Origin: Gammaproteobacteria bacterium
Lineage (GTDB): Bacteria; Pseudomonadota; Gammaproteobacteria; G965277405
Direction: 5' to 3'
Assembly (NCBI GenBank): GCA_965277405.1
Contig: OZ255726.1
Coordinates: 448,001 to 512,000, forward strand
DNA: 64,000 bases
Below, one piece after another: positions 16,233-26,524 of this stretch. The translations under genes were made by a program, and so were the position numbers. Below the pieces are notes generated by a model, which saw only the letters and a program-made list of their open reading frames with translations, had not been told where the DNA came from and made no database searches. Numbering within the stretch: position 1 is the stretch's first letter; each line of letters opens with the position of its first letter.

Positions 16233-17894
16233 TTATTCTGCATAGTTGTTATGTTGAGTAGCTTCATCCGCGGCTTCTGCTAATTCCATTTGGGTAATAA
16301 TCGTTTCAGCGTCATCAATAATATCCTGAATACTCTGTTGTTCTTGTGGTGATGCGCCGGCAATTAAGCTGTCGGTAATAAGTTGATTCACCCGTTGTTT
16401 GCGCAGTATTAAAATATCATGCAACGATTGGGCGATAAGGATGCGGCGGTCTGGATAGTTGCTCGTTAATGCTTGAATAATTGTATCAGCGCAGCGTGGC
16501 AGCAATAATACCAAGTGCTGTGCTACATCTTCTGGTTGCAGTCGATTATTTTCAAACGCTGTATATATAAATTCTGCAGCATGTTCTGGGCTGAATGAAA
16601 TGGCTTGGGCGAGCAGTTTTATCTCTGGGTCTAATATATCAGTGAGCTGGTATTCATATGCAGGGTTTAACGGTGTTATTTGATGCGTAGCAACTTGGGT
16701 GATCATTTGCACGCTTGTTTCCTTGTATAAGCGCTTGCGGTTGAAGATGCTTTGCCAAAACACATACACAGAGTAGATAACATGGACTACTGCTATCGAC
16801 ATATACAACGCAGCATTGCCCAAAATCTCCATTAAGAAGCCGCCAATCTGCTGCCCTAACACGCTAAAAATTCCGTATAACAGCATCATTTTGCTCATGA
16901 TTGGCAAAATATCTTCATTTTTAATGCGCTCAAACATATGCGCATATGCAAGGGGATACATGCACGCTGCCATGCCGCTTGCCAAGACGAAGCTCGCTAT
17001 TAACAACCAATCTGGATACATGAACGGTTGTGATAGTACAATCGATACATTGGCAAGAGCACCGACGGCAGAAACTATAATTGCCAATGCCTGCTTATTG
17101 ATGGTATCCGCTAGCCAGCCAACAGGAAATTGAAATATCATTGAGCCGATATAAAAACTCGCTAACACAATGGTAATGACGAAAAATGGATGGGTGGCGA
17201 CAATGCTATTTGCATACACTGGGGTTAAGCTGATTGTTGATAAAGTAACAAGCCCGGCACACATCATCCCAACTACACTCACTGAAGAAATCGACCACAA
17301 TTGTTTGATTGGAATTTTCTTTGTGTCCTCAGAAAATGACGGAACAGGGCGATTTGTTAAACCAAGAGGAATCAGTGAAACGCAAAAACATATAGCAATT
17401 AAGCCAAATAACCTAGGGTCATCGGCGTTGGTAATGTGCAAAATAAACGGCGCGATAATCCCGCCTAAGCCATACGAGATTTGATATGTTGAAAAAATCC
17501 TGCCACGGGTAGTGCTGGTGCTTAACCCCGTCAACCAACTTTCCATAATGATAAAATTTGTAGTAATCGCATAGCCAAACAATAGGCGCATCAATGCTAC
17601 AAACCAAACAGAATCAACATAGCCGTGCGTAATAGCCAGCACACTGATAACCGCAGACATTACTGAAAATGCGCGTATATGACCAACGCGGGTAATCAGC
17701 CTTGAACCAAAAATACAAGAGAGAATAGTTCCAATAGAATAACAGGACATTGCCAGGCCAATCAAGCCAGTTGATACTCCGTTATTCTCTAATCTAATCG
17801 GCAGGGTTATAAATAGCAGCGCGTGACCAATGACACCAATCAGTGTTGCAGACAATATAGAATTTGTCCGTCCAAGCAATTGCAACATCCACAT
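16233..17894 (-). CDS. MFS transporter (YcaD-like) with soluble C-terminal extension
   Basis: RVGHIRAF, ESWL...TRGRIFSTY, QFPVGWLAD, about 12 hydrophobic segments; start uncertain (17894 or 17939). Confidence 0.85.
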   Translation of the reverse strand: MWMLQLLGRTNSILSATLIGVIGHALLFITLPIRLENNGVSTGLIGLAMSCYSIGTILSCIFGSRLITRVGHIRAFSVMSAVISVLAITHGYVDSVWFVALMRLLFGYAITTNFIIMESWLTGLSTSTTRGRIFSTYQISYGLGGIIAPFILHITNADDPRLFGLIAICFCVSLIPLGLTNRPVPSFSEDTKKIPIKQLWSISSVSVVGMMCAGLVTLSTISLTPVYANSIVATHPFFVITIVLASFYIGSMIFQFPVGWLADTINKQALAIIVSAVGALANVSIVLSQPFMYPDWLLIASFVLASGMAACMYPLAYAHMFERIKNEDILPIMSKMMLLYGIFSVLGQQIGGFLMEILGNAALYMSIAVVHVIYSVYVFWQSIFNRKRLYKETSVQMITQVATHQITPLNPAYEYQLTDILDPEIKLLAQAISFSPEHAAEFIYTAFENNRLQPEDVAQHLVLLLPRCADTIIQALTSNYPDRRILIAQSLHDILILRKQRVNQLITDSLIAGASPQEQQSIQDIIDDAETIITQMELAEAADEATQHNNYAE

Positions 17895-17940
17895 AACAAC
17901 ACTCTGTGAGTACTTAAGAAACTTCAGTTTAATATACAAC

Positions 17941-18074
17941 GATTTGCGGCAATTGCGGTACTTCTGTGTAGCATCCTTTGGCGTATATGCTACGCCATGT
18001 GCTTAGCGGTTTGAGCCTGGCAATCATCAGCAATCGCAACAAGCTCACTCCAAATCGACTAAATTAAAGGTTCC
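17941..18074 (-). mobile_element. MITE degenerate partial copy
   Basis: GGCGTATATGCTACG and GCAATCATCAGCAAT core plus eroded TIR ...AAAGGTTCC|TTAA. Confidence 0.7.
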
Positions 18075-18554
18075 TTAAAATAATAACGTCTGGTTTACAG
18101 GTGGCTGAGTAAGTTGATGCGTTGTTAGGCTGATTGCCGCGACGCGGTCTAATGCCTTGTTCCAAGTTTCATACCTTGCTGCAACAGATACTTGTATGGC
18201 TTGTTGAATAAGGGAGAAACCGTATTTTTGTGGGCTGCGAATGCGCGAAGAACTTGCTCGCAGCAATACATACAACCATGATGCTTCTACGCGGTTGTGA
18301 TCGATTTCAAGACCGAGTTTACGGCATTCGTTTTTAAGGATAGCTGAATCTTCAATGTGAAAAAACTGATGATAGGTATCGACAAGCTGTGCGTCGATGC
18401 GCTCGATGATGACAGTACGCTCTTCTTCGCTATAGCGTATCCACAGGCTTACTTCAAAATGAAAACGTTTGCAGCCGCGACAGACGTTATCACCATACAC
18501 AGTGCTGCAAGCACCAATGCATGGGTTGGTATATATTTTTGGAGCAGTCAACAT
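18075..18554 (-). CDS. DUF1289-family Fe-S/Cys-rich protein
   Basis: NPCIGACSTVYGDNVCRGCKRF..EV..W. Confidence 0.8.
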   Translation of the reverse strand: MLTAPKIYTNPCIGACSTVYGDNVCRGCKRFHFEVSLWIRYSEEERTVIIERIDAQLVDTYHQFFHIEDSAILKNECRKLGLEIDHNRVEASWLYVLLRASSSRIRSPQKYGFSLIQQAIQVSVAARYETWNKALDRVAAISLTTHQLTQPPVNQTLLF

Positions 18555-18652
18555 TGCAGCCGCGGTTCAAAAAGTGATGAAGGCTTTGCATAGTAACCCT
18601 AACAAAATTGCTACGCTATCTGAAATGAGCATCTTCTAAGATAAATACACAG

Positions 18653-18948
18653 GGAATCTCTGATTAACTCCATGATGGATAAGACGGAGCAACAACGCTG
18701 ACGATAACTGTGTTGTGCGCAGGTCACACTGGTGGGTCTTGTGGGTATTAGCAAGTGCTGCAACGACGTTAGTACCGCTTTTTTTCCGTATTAAGTTCAA
18801 TAAACTTGTGGTTTGCGGCATTGCTTACGCTTGCTGTATTGCATCCGTTGGCGGATATGCTACGGCAGGCGCTTATGCGGTTTGCGCCTTGCAAATCATC
18901 AGCAATTGCCCGCAAACCCGTGGTATCAGCGAGTTAAGCTGCTGTTCC
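18653..18948 (-). mobile_element. MITE full-length diverged copy
   Basis: GGAATCTCTGATTAA...AAGTGCTGCAACGACGTTAG...ATCAGCGAGTTAAGCTGCTGTTCC. Confidence 0.8.
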
Positions 18949-19023
18949 ATAAAACCAATGGGTGATACTGGCTGGCGTATATTGCAATTATTGGTTTTGG
19001 ATGGGGCTTGTAACCCAAATGAA

Positions 19024-19485
19024 TTAGCGTTTTGAATATTGTGGGCGTTTGCGAGCCTTGTGCAGACCGACTTTTTTTCGTTCAACTTGTCGAGAATCTC
19101 GGGTAACGAAGCCTGCTTTGCGTAGCTCAGGTTTGAGTTCATCGTTATAATCCATGAGTGCTCGAGTAATCGCCAATCGCGTTGCACCAGCTTGACCAGA
19201 AATACCGCCACCACTCACTGTGACCTTCACGTTAAATTGGTTGACTTTATCAACAAGTTCAAGTGGCTGAAGCAATATCATGCGTGCTGTTTCACGTCCA
19301 AAATATACTTCCACAAGGCGCTTGTTGATGGTGATCTTGCCATTGCCTGCTGTTAAATAAGCACGTGCTATAGATGTTTTACGCCGACCAGTGCCGAGAA
19401 ATGTAGTCTTCTCTGCTTGTTGTGTTCGTGCTGCAGTAAGAGTTTGTTGATTGGTAGTAGTCGGTTTTTCAGTAGGCATAATCAT
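19024..19485 (-). CDS. rpsI: 30S ribosomal protein S9
   Basis: [27 protein letters not shown]. Confidence 0.97.
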   Translation of the reverse strand: MIMPTEKPTTTNQQTLTAARTQQAEKTTFLGTGRRKTSIARAYLTAGNGKITINKRLVEVYFGRETARMILLQPLELVDKVNQFNVKVTVSGGGISGQAGATRLAITRALMDYNDELKPELRKAGFVTRDSRQVERKKVGLHKARKRPQYSKR

Positions 19486-19919
19486 TAACGAACGAGTTCA
19501 ATAGGTTTTGGCTGTTGTGCGCCATGAGGGTGTTGACTTCCTGCATATATCTTCAGCTTTAACAGCATCGCTCGTCCTAACGGACCTCGCGGTAACATGC
19601 CTTTTACAGCATTTCTTAAGATGCGGTCAGGGTGGGTTGCGCGGAGTTTTTCAAGGGTTTGCTGGCGGATTCCTCCAGGATAGCCGGTGTGTCTGTAATA
19701 AATTTTATTTTTTTCTTTATTACCAGTAACTGCAATTTTTTCGGCATTGATAACAACCATTGCGTCACCAGTATCCATGTGTGGGGTGAACTCTGGTTTA
19801 TGTTTGCCGCGCAGCCTTAACGCTATTTGGCTGGCTAAGCGTCCGAGGATTTTGTTTTCTGCATCGACAAGATACCAGTCGTGGTGGATGTCTTTTGCCT
19901 TAATACTGTATGTTTTCAT
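19485..19919 (-). CDS. rplM: 50S ribosomal protein L13
   Basis: [41 protein letters not shown]. Confidence 0.97.
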   Translation of the reverse strand: MKTYSIKAKDIHHDWYLVDAENKILGRLASQIALRLRGKHKPEFTPHMDTGDAMVVINAEKIAVTGNKEKNKIYYRHTGYPGGIRQQTLEKLRATHPDRILRNAVKGMLPRGPLGRAMLLKLKIYAGSQHPHGAQQPKPIELVR

Positions 19920-20003
19920 TGTATTTGATGTAAAAAATGGTGGGATTGTAGTTGCGCATTTGGCATTGCCAAGTAAAAAATGTCAAGAATCATGTGTTTG
20001 TTA

Positions 20004-20660
20004 TTATAAACGAATGCCTTTCATATATTGCCGCTCTTCACGGCTGCAGCTCTTAATAAATGCATCGCGTAAAAACATGCGTTTCATATACTCAACAACT
20101 GGGCGCGCAAGTGTGTTTTGTAGCTCAATATCCATGATGCCCAAACGCCATAGCAAAGGTGTAACGTAGCAATCTAAAATACCAAACTGGGTGTTCATGA
20201 AGAAATCATGTTCTTTGAAAACTGGCGCGGTTGCTAGAATATTATCATGGAGCTGCTTGCGTAATTCTCTAATATTCTTGTTTTTAGCATCTGCCTGATC
20301 TGCTGCTAGAATAGTTTCCATTGGCTTCACCCATTCTCGTTTGATTCGCAACAGTGCCAGCCGTGTTTGCGCGCGAATAGTGGGAAATACAGAGTATAAC
20401 GGTGGATGCGGAAAACGTTCTTCGAGGTAATCAATAATAATTTCGCTATCGTACAACACTAGGTCGCGATCTATCAACATCGGCAATGAGTTGTATGGGT
20501 TATTATCGCGGATGATTGCAGGAACGTTGTTGGGGTCGCAGTCGTTTATTTCAAAATTTACATCTTTCTCATGACAAACAATCCTAACTTGGTGACTGCG
20601 AAAATTACGTGGGTCTGTAAAAAGGCGGATTGTAGTATTGTTGGTACCAGGCGATGACAT
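20004..20660 (-). CDS. sspA: Stringent starvation protein A (GST fold)
   Basis: SHQVRIV..EK, NPYNSLPMLIDRDLVLY, YLEERFPHPPL, PLLWRL. Confidence 0.92.
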   Translation of the reverse strand: MSSPGTNNTTIRLFTDPRNFRSHQVRIVCHEKDVNFEINDCDPNNVPAIIRDNNPYNSLPMLIDRDLVLYDSEIIIDYLEERFPHPPLYSVFPTIRAQTRLALLRIKREWVKPMETILAADQADAKNKNIRELRKQLHDNILATAPVFKEHDFFMNTQFGILDCYVTPLLWRLGIMDIELQNTLARPVVEYMKRMFLRDAFIKSCSREERQYMKGIRL

Positions 20661-20668
20661 AGCGATAG

Positions 20669-21229
20669 TTAGGTTGTGGATATACGGGCTTGTTGTACTA
20701 TAAAAGCAGACACAATAAATTTATAGACGGGCAGGAAAAGAGCGACCATAACTACTTTTACTGCAAAATCACCAATAGCTAATGACAGCCATGGATGTTG
20801 TGTTCCCCAAAATGCAATTGAGAAAAAGAATATGGTGTCGATAGATGCGCCAAAGAACGAAGAGACTGACGGTGGAATCCACCAGAGTTGTGCACTACAG
20901 CGTTTTAATAAATAGGAGAAGACGCTAATGTCGAGCAACTGTCCCATGATGAATGCAGTTGCTGAAGCAATGGCGATTTGCACGGGAGCAAAAAATAGTG
21001 AGAATACGATACCCACCACAACGCCCACATACATTATTTTCCGCGCAATATTGCCCCCAAATAACCGTGTTGTGCAATCGGTAATGACGAACACAATGGG
21101 ATAGGTAAACGCCCCCCAAGTCAACCAATCATTAATAACAAATTGGACTAATATATTGGCAAGAGTAACCGCTGATGCCATGAGCAGTGCGAGAATGGCA
21201 ACGTATTTGAACGAAGGTGTTGTAAGCAT
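20669..21229 (-). CDS. VUT-family (YhhQ-like) queuosine-precursor transporter
   Basis: ANILVQ, TWGAFTYP..F..TD, IAIASATAF..GQLLDISVF, DTIFFFSIAF. Confidence 0.85.
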   Translation of the reverse strand: MLTTPSFKYVAILALLMASAVTLANILVQFVINDWLTWGAFTYPIVFVITDCTTRLFGGNIARKIMYVGVVVGIVFSLFFAPVQIAIASATAFIMGQLLDISVFSYLLKRCSAQLWWIPPSVSSFFGASIDTIFFFSIAFWGTQHPWLSLAIGDFAVKVVMVALFLPVYKFIVSAFIVQQARISTT

Positions 21230-21299
21230 TAAACTAGTAATATAGGAAGTAAATAAATGTACTAACGCAAGTCATCGCAGCAAAGTAAGAACATGCCGT

Positions 21300-21376
21300 T
21301 GGGGTGGATGATGGGACTTGAACCCACGACAACCGGAATCACAATCCGGGGCTCTACCAGCTGAGCTACACCCACC
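21300..21376 (-). tRNA. tRNA-His (GTG)
   Basis: GGTGGGTGTAGCTCAGCTGGTAGAGCCCCGGATTGTGATTCCGGTTGTCGTGGGTTCAAGTCCCATCATCCACCCCA; G-1 and encoded CCA. Confidence 0.97.
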
Positions 21377-21389
21377 ACAACGGCGCGTG

Positions 21390-21417
21390 AGTATACGAAT
21401 TAGGCTTAGATTGTCAA
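21390..21417 (-). promoter_or_regulatory. Sigma70 promoter of tRNA-His
   Basis: TTGACA-16bp-TATACT followed by a GC-rich discriminator (CACGCGCC). Confidence 0.75.
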
Positions 21418-21436
21418 AAAAATACAACGGTTGTTC

Positions 21437-24259
21437 ATGATGGTTTTTAAAGAAACAAAAACACTTCCTTTGCAAGCAAGCACAAAACAGCAACAACGCA
21501 TACAAATATTTATTGCCGCGCTTGGTGATTTTGCAGGAAATATTCTAGAAAAATATGGACAGCGTGTTGTGTATAGTAGCGATAATTCAATATACCAGCA
21601 AATCCCAACAATTATCATCCAGCCGCAGAACATTGCTGCGCTAGTTCGGGTGCTGGCGTTACGCGCTACCAAAGCCTTTTGCTCAATCCCTTTTACCGTT
21701 CGTGGCGGTGGCACTGGTACCAACGGGCAGTCGCTGACCCGATTCATAGTGATTGATACGTCATTGCTGCAGCACATTCATCCTGTCGATATTGCGAATA
21801 AAAACCTGTGGGTTGAAGCTGGTGTTATCCATAGCCTGCTACAAGAACGATTGCGGGTTGACGGCTTGACATTCCCGCCTGAGCTATCTACTTCGACCCG
21901 CGCCACGATTGGAGGAATGATAGCTACTAATGCAAGTGGCAAGGGAAGTTGCGTGTTTGGCAGGACTGCAGACTATATTTGCGCGCTCGATGTCGTACTT
22001 ACTGATGGGAGTCGTGTTGTCATACCAAGCCGCGCATCTACCACTGAGCTTGCAGAACTCCACCCAATGCTCGGTGAGTTTGCGCAATTAGTCACAGAAA
22101 AAGGGCACCCGGCAATAGCAGAATTTTTAAGCAAGACAGCACATTTACCGCGCGCCCCAGCTGGATATCAATTAGCCAATGTTGCGTATAACAACGGCGA
22201 TATTAACTGTGTCCAGCTTTGGTGTGGTAGCGAAGGTAGCTTGGGCGTTGTTGTTGCTGCGCAAATACGCGTCATAACAGCACATATCCACCGTGCAGTC
22301 ATTGTCACAGAGCATGCGGCATTTAGCCAAGCTCTGGATTGTGCACAACCGCTGGCACGCTTTAAGGCGGCTGCAATTGAGACATTAGACCAACGAGTGA
22401 TTGGACTAGCGCATTCAACACAGCAGTGGATTGATGTCGCGCAGGTATTTGCCTTGAATATGGATACCCCATCCGCGATCAATATCATCGAATGTAGCGG
22501 TAATGATATTGGACTGGTGCAGCGACAAATTGCAGCAATTCAGCAATGGGCAAGCGACAACGCCATTGCGCATGCGGTAAGTTGGCGCGCTGCAGATATT
22601 GCGGCAATCTGGGACTTGCGCGCCAATAGCGTAGGATTATTAGCCAAAATGCCATCCCGTGCCAAACCTGTTGCCTTTATAGAAGACACGGCAGTTGCTC
22701 CTGAGCATTTATCCGCATATGTTGCTGAACTCACCAAATTACTTGATAATCTCGGCGTTGCATACGGCATGTTTGGCCATGTTGATGCAGGCTGCTTGCA
22801 TGTGCGTCCTGCGCTTGATACCAGTCTTGCAGCAGATCGACAGCTAGTCGTTACTATTACTGATGCAGTCATTGCCTTGTTAAAAAAATATAATGGTGTG
22901 CTGTGGGGCGAACACGGCAAAGGGTATCGATCAGCATATGCACCTGAATATTTTGGTGATGCGTTGCAAGGGTTTATGAACGCGAGTAAACAATGTTTTG
23001 ATCCGTTTAATATCTGTAATCCAGGAAAAATTGCTCACCCAACTGGTGGAGATTTAGTGGCGATTGACGCTGTGCCAATGCACGGCGAGTCTTTTGCTGC
23101 TGTTAGCGACAATGTGCGCAACATGTATCAACAAGCATTTGCATGTAATGGCAATGCTGCGTGTTTGAATCAATCCACCACGCAATTGATGTGCCCATCG
23201 TATCAAATCACCCAAGATCGCGTGCAAAGCCCCAAAGGTCGCGCAGTATTACTCCGGCAATGGTTAGTTGAGCGGGTAACTGGTGATCAAAATAATTTGG
23301 AGGCAGAGTTATATATCTCATTAGCAAGTTGTTTAGGGTGTCAAGGATGTACGACAGGCTGCCCAGTTGAGGTCGATATTCCAAAATTGAAGTCACTGTT
23401 TTTGCAAGAATACTATCAAAAACATCGCATGCCGTTGCGCGAGTGGTGCATATCTTGCATTGAAGAATGTTCGATAATTGGTGGAAAAGTGCCTGCAATC
23501 AGCAATATCCTGATGCGATTTTCCGCGTTGCTGGGGATGCACCATTTACCGCGTTGGCGACCGCCACAATCCATGCATAACCATAACATTACCCAACCTA
23601 GCTGTGTCGTGGCAGCGGATCCATATACATGGGCGTATGATGGAGGCGTTATTGATAGCCTGTTTGCGTTGCTAGCATCAATCGGCGAAAACCCGCAGCT
23701 GTTGCCAGTGCTGCCCTGGGGTAAAGCCGCCGCAACAGTTGGAGCAATGAACAAAGCCGCAGCACAACGCGCTGCAGTCGCAGACCTAGTTAGCCAGCAA
23801 AATGTGCCAGTGATTGTGCTTGAAAGCGCCGTTAGCCTGACAACAGGCAACGATACTATCCACAATGCAGTCACTCCAGTAGCAGATTTCCTAGCGCAGC
23901 GCTTAGCAAAGTTGCCTCAGTCAGCTCTCCGTGGTGTTGTCGTGCAGCTCTGCCCGCATTGTAGTGAACAAGCTCTGTTTACCCAGTTACCGAAACAATG
24001 GCAGCTGGTGTTTGAGCACTGTGGTGCGGCAGTGAGTATAGTTACAGCAGGTTGCTGTGGCATGGCTGGCGCGTTTGGGCACCGCAAAGAGTATTTAAAG
24101 ATGAGCGCGGATATTTTTAAACGCAATTGGCAGCCATCACTTGATACAAATGCAATCATTCTGGCAACAGGCTTTTCATGCAGGAGTCAATTGCATAAAA
24201 ATAATGTTTCTTCTGTGCATCCTGTAGAGTTGCTAGCAAAGACGCTACATGGCAAGTAA
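21437..24259 (+). CDS. ydiJ: FAD-binding, Fe-S oxidoreductase (YdiJ / D-2-hydroxyglutarate dehydrogenase-like)
   Basis: RGGGTGTNGQS, GHVDAGCLHVRP, GEHGKG, CNGNAAC, CLGCQGC..CP, CCGMAG. Confidence 0.85.
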   Translation: MMVFKETKTLPLQASTKQQQRIQIFIAALGDFAGNILEKYGQRVVYSSDNSIYQQIPTIIIQPQNIAALVRVLALRATKAFCSIPFTVRGGGTGTNGQSLTRFIVIDTSLLQHIHPVDIANKNLWVEAGVIHSLLQERLRVDGLTFPPELSTSTRATIGGMIATNASGKGSCVFGRTADYICALDVVLTDGSRVVIPSRASTTELAELHPMLGEFAQLVTEKGHPAIAEFLSKTAHLPRAPAGYQLANVAYNNGDINCVQLWCGSEGSLGVVVAAQIRVITAHIHRAVIVTEHAAFSQALDCAQPLARFKAAAIETLDQRVIGLAHSTQQWIDVAQVFALNMDTPSAINIIECSGNDIGLVQRQIAAIQQWASDNAIAHAVSWRAADIAAIWDLRANSVGLLAKMPSRAKPVAFIEDTAVAPEHLSAYVAELTKLLDNLGVAYGMFGHVDAGCLHVRPALDTSLAADRQLVVTITDAVIALLKKYNGVLWGEHGKGYRSAYAPEYFGDALQGFMNASKQCFDPFNICNPGKIAHPTGGDLVAIDAVPMHGESFAAVSDNVRNMYQQAFACNGNAACLNQSTTQLMCPSYQITQDRVQSPKGRAVLLRQWLVERVTGDQNNLEAELYISLASCLGCQGCTTGCPVEVDIPKLKSLFLQEYYQKHRMPLREWCISCIEECSIIGGKVPAISNILMRFSALLGMHHLPRWRPPQSMHNHNITQPSCVVAADPYTWAYDGGVIDSLFALLASIGENPQLLPVLPWGKAAATVGAMNKAAAQRAAVADLVSQQNVPVIVLESAVSLTTGNDTIHNAVTPVADFLAQRLAKLPQSALRGVVVQLCPHCSEQALFTQLPKQWQLVFEHCGAAVSIVTAGCCGMAGAFGHRKEYLKMSADIFKRNWQPSLDTNAIILATGFSCRSQLHKNNVSSVHPVELLAKTLHGK

Positions 24260-24289
24260 GTCATGGCATCTGCCGATGGATGCTCGCAC

Positions 24290-24331
24290 CCATGCATAGC
24301 AGTGGCATTCCCATGCATAGCAGTGGCATTC
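24290..24331. repeat. Exact 21-bp tandem duplication
   Basis: CCATGCATAGCAGTGGCATTC x2. Confidence 0.9.
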
Positions 24332-24417
24332 AATGTGCAAAGTGAGATGGCAGACTGCAGAGTCGCTTCATCAGCAGGATTGATCGCACCAATATATGTG
24401 CCAAAGCTTAATTGTTG

Positions 24418-24972
24418 TTAACCCCACGTAAATACCCGTGACGGTGTCACTGCATAGTCAAGACGAATATCCCATGGGCTTGGAGTAAACGTTGTGGAGT
24501 ATTGACAGTCAAAGGCAATCGCGCAAAGTAATGGTCGCCGACTGCTAGCAAATGTTGTGTCATAATACCCGCCACCCATGCCAAGGCGGTATCCTTGGGT
24601 GTTAAAACCCACGAGCGGGGTGAACACCCAGTCAAGCTGTGCTGGTTTAATAGCGGGATTGTTGGCGGTGCACTGAGGTTGGCGAATGCCAAACGGGCCT
24701 GTATCAAGTATTGAATGTTGGCTGTAGGAGACAAACGCGAGGTGACGGTCGTTGTTGACTACAGGTGCGTAAGTTTGGATTGCCCGTTGCCAGAGGTGAT
24801 CGATAATTGTTGTAGTATCGATTTCCTCACCAAATGAAAGGTAGACACCAACATGCAGCGGTTGGTGATCATCGATGAGTTGCAACACCGATCTGCATAC
24901 TTGCACTGTATCGCTGCGACGTTGTGGGGTGGGGATTGCTTGACGTTGGCTGCGAATTGTCTTGCGCAACAT
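24418..24972 (-). CDS. ygfA: 5-formyltetrahydrofolate cyclo-ligase
   Basis: GPFGIRQP, PLVGF..GYRLGMGGGYYD, PWDIRLD; start moved to ATG 24972 because the upstream GTG lies inside 6S RNA. Confidence 0.9.
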   Translation of the reverse strand: MLRKTIRSQRQAIPTPQRRSDTVQVCRSVLQLIDDHQPLHVGVYLSFGEEIDTTTIIDHLWQRAIQTYAPVVNNDRHLAFVSYSQHSILDTGPFGIRQPQCTANNPAIKPAQLDWVFTPLVGFNTQGYRLGMGGGYYDTTFASSRRPLLCAIAFDCQYSTTFTPSPWDIRLDYAVTPSRVFTWG

Positions 24973-24991
24973 GTTTATAGCGGGGGATGGT

Positions 24992-25167
24992 GTGCCCACG
25001 TTACCGTCTCACAGTTGTTTCCTTGAACCGCGGCTCAAGGGTATGGCAACCAAGTGGTATGTTGGGATCGTAAGACGTAGTCACGATACACGCCCATACC
25101 GGAGAGTTACCATAATAGTTTTCTCATTGGCTCAGAAACATACTTTAATAACGAATAACCCAGGCAC
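24992..25167 (-). ncRNA. ssrS: 6S RNA
   Basis: Directly upstream of ygfA; terminal pairing GTGCC.../...GGCAC; conserved CTGAGCC and CCTTGAGCCGCGGTTCAAGG elements like enterobacterial 6S. Confidence 0.85.
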
Positions 25168-25187
25168 GCAATCAGTATAGAGCGTTG

Positions 25188-25877
25188 CTATTGGATAGGT
25201 GGTTTTTTTTCAGACGAAGGGCATAATTCGCCGATAATGCATGCTTGGCAATTTGGCGTTCTAGCTTTGCAAGTGTAACGGCCATGGAGAATCAGCCAGT
25301 GGTGGGCATGTATTAAATATTGTGGTGGAATATTCGCTAATAATCCAAGTTCTACAGCCAAAGGTGTCTGCCCAGGTGCAATGTTCAGTCGGTTTGCCAC
25401 ACGGAAAATATGGGTGTCGACCGCCATCGTTGCTTGACCAAAATAGGTGTTGAGAATTACATTTGCTGTTTTGCGACCGACACCTGGCAGCGTTTCGAGT
25501 GCAGCACGAGTATCTGGCACCTGTTGATTATATTGTTCGATCAATATTGCGCACGTTGCGATTATATTTTTGGCTTTGTTGTTGAATAAGCCAATTGTTT
25601 TAATATGCTGCTTGATAGCATTGATACCTAATTCATACATTGCCTTGGGAGTATTCGCCGCTGCAAATAGTCCCTTTGATGCTTTATTGACGCTAATGTC
25701 TGTCGCTTGTGCACTCAGCAACACCGCAATTAATAGCTCAAAGACACTGGTATATTCAAGCTCGGTGGTCGGATGAGGGTTCGCCGCTTGAAAACGAGAA
25801 AAAATAGTCTCGATGTGTGCATTAATAACAATGCGTGGTTTGCGTTTCATGCGTGTTGCATTTGTCTTCGAAGTCAT
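25188..25877 (-). CDS. nth: Endonuclease III
   Basis: LLSAQATD, LPGVGRKTANV, VDTHIFRV, C-x6-C-x2-C-x5-C. Confidence 0.96.
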   Translation of the reverse strand: MTSKTNATRMKRKPRIVINAHIETIFSRFQAANPHPTTELEYTSVFELLIAVLLSAQATDISVNKASKGLFAAANTPKAMYELGINAIKQHIKTIGLFNNKAKNIIATCAILIEQYNQQVPDTRAALETLPGVGRKTANVILNTYFGQATMAVDTHIFRVANRLNIAPGQTPLAVELGLLANIPPQYLIHAHHWLILHGRYTCKARTPNCQACIIGELCPSSEKKPPIQ

Positions 25878-25927
25878 AATAATGCCACATCAAAATGTAC
25901 TTATTTTTTTACCCAACGGAGTGCCGC

Positions 25928-26506
25928 ATGGCCCGAATAACTGCCGACGATTGTTTGGCGAAAATTCCTAACAGATACGACTTGGTTTTGGCAGCAACCA
26001 AACGCGCCCATCAACTCGCTCAAGGAATCAAAGACCCTTTGATTCATAATAGTACCAATAAACCTGCAGTATTGGCATTACGTGAAATAGCAGCAGGGCT
26101 AATAACCGAAGAATCTCTGCTAGGCATCGAAGCAGAGTTGAATAACCAACCAATCGAATTAGATGAAGACGCAATGGTGCGAAAATTTGCAGAACACGAC
26201 CGTGCCCAAGAAGAAGAACGAGTACGGCAAGAAGAAATGCAACGAGAAATGATTGCCCGTCAAGGTCGGCGTGCTGAGCAAGACCGTCAAAATGAGCGGC
26301 TTGCAGCAGAACAAGATGCCGCCAATCAAGTTGAGGAAAATACCGCAAATGAAGATGAGGAAGATGCAGTAACCGATGACGAGTCAGCAGCAACATTGTC
26401 TGCTGACGCATTGCTTGATGCTGAAGTAGCTGAGCAATTCACCACCGAATTTGAAGAAAGCGATGACTTATCCAGCGGTGATTTTGAAGAAAGTGAAAAA
26501 GAGTAA
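25928..26506 (+). CDS. rpoZ: RNA polymerase omega subunit with long charged C-terminal tail
   Basis: [36 protein letters not shown]. Confidence 0.9.
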   Translation: MARITADDCLAKIPNRYDLVLAATKRAHQLAQGIKDPLIHNSTNKPAVLALREIAAGLITEESLLGIEAELNNQPIELDEDAMVRKFAEHDRAQEEERVRQEEMQREMIARQGRRAEQDRQNERLAAEQDAANQVEENTANEDEEDAVTDDESAATLSADALLDAEVAEQFTTEFEESDDLSSGDFEESEKE

Positions 26507-26524
26507 CCTGACATACCATCCACT

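Noticed and set aside
21230-21299. preQ1 riboswitch ahead of the VUT transporter
   Set aside because: No recognisable preQ1 stem-loop or A-rich tail.
26400-26524. oriC expected upstream of rpmH
   Set aside because: rpoZ ends 18 bp before rpmH; no dnaA gene or DnaA-box cluster is seen.
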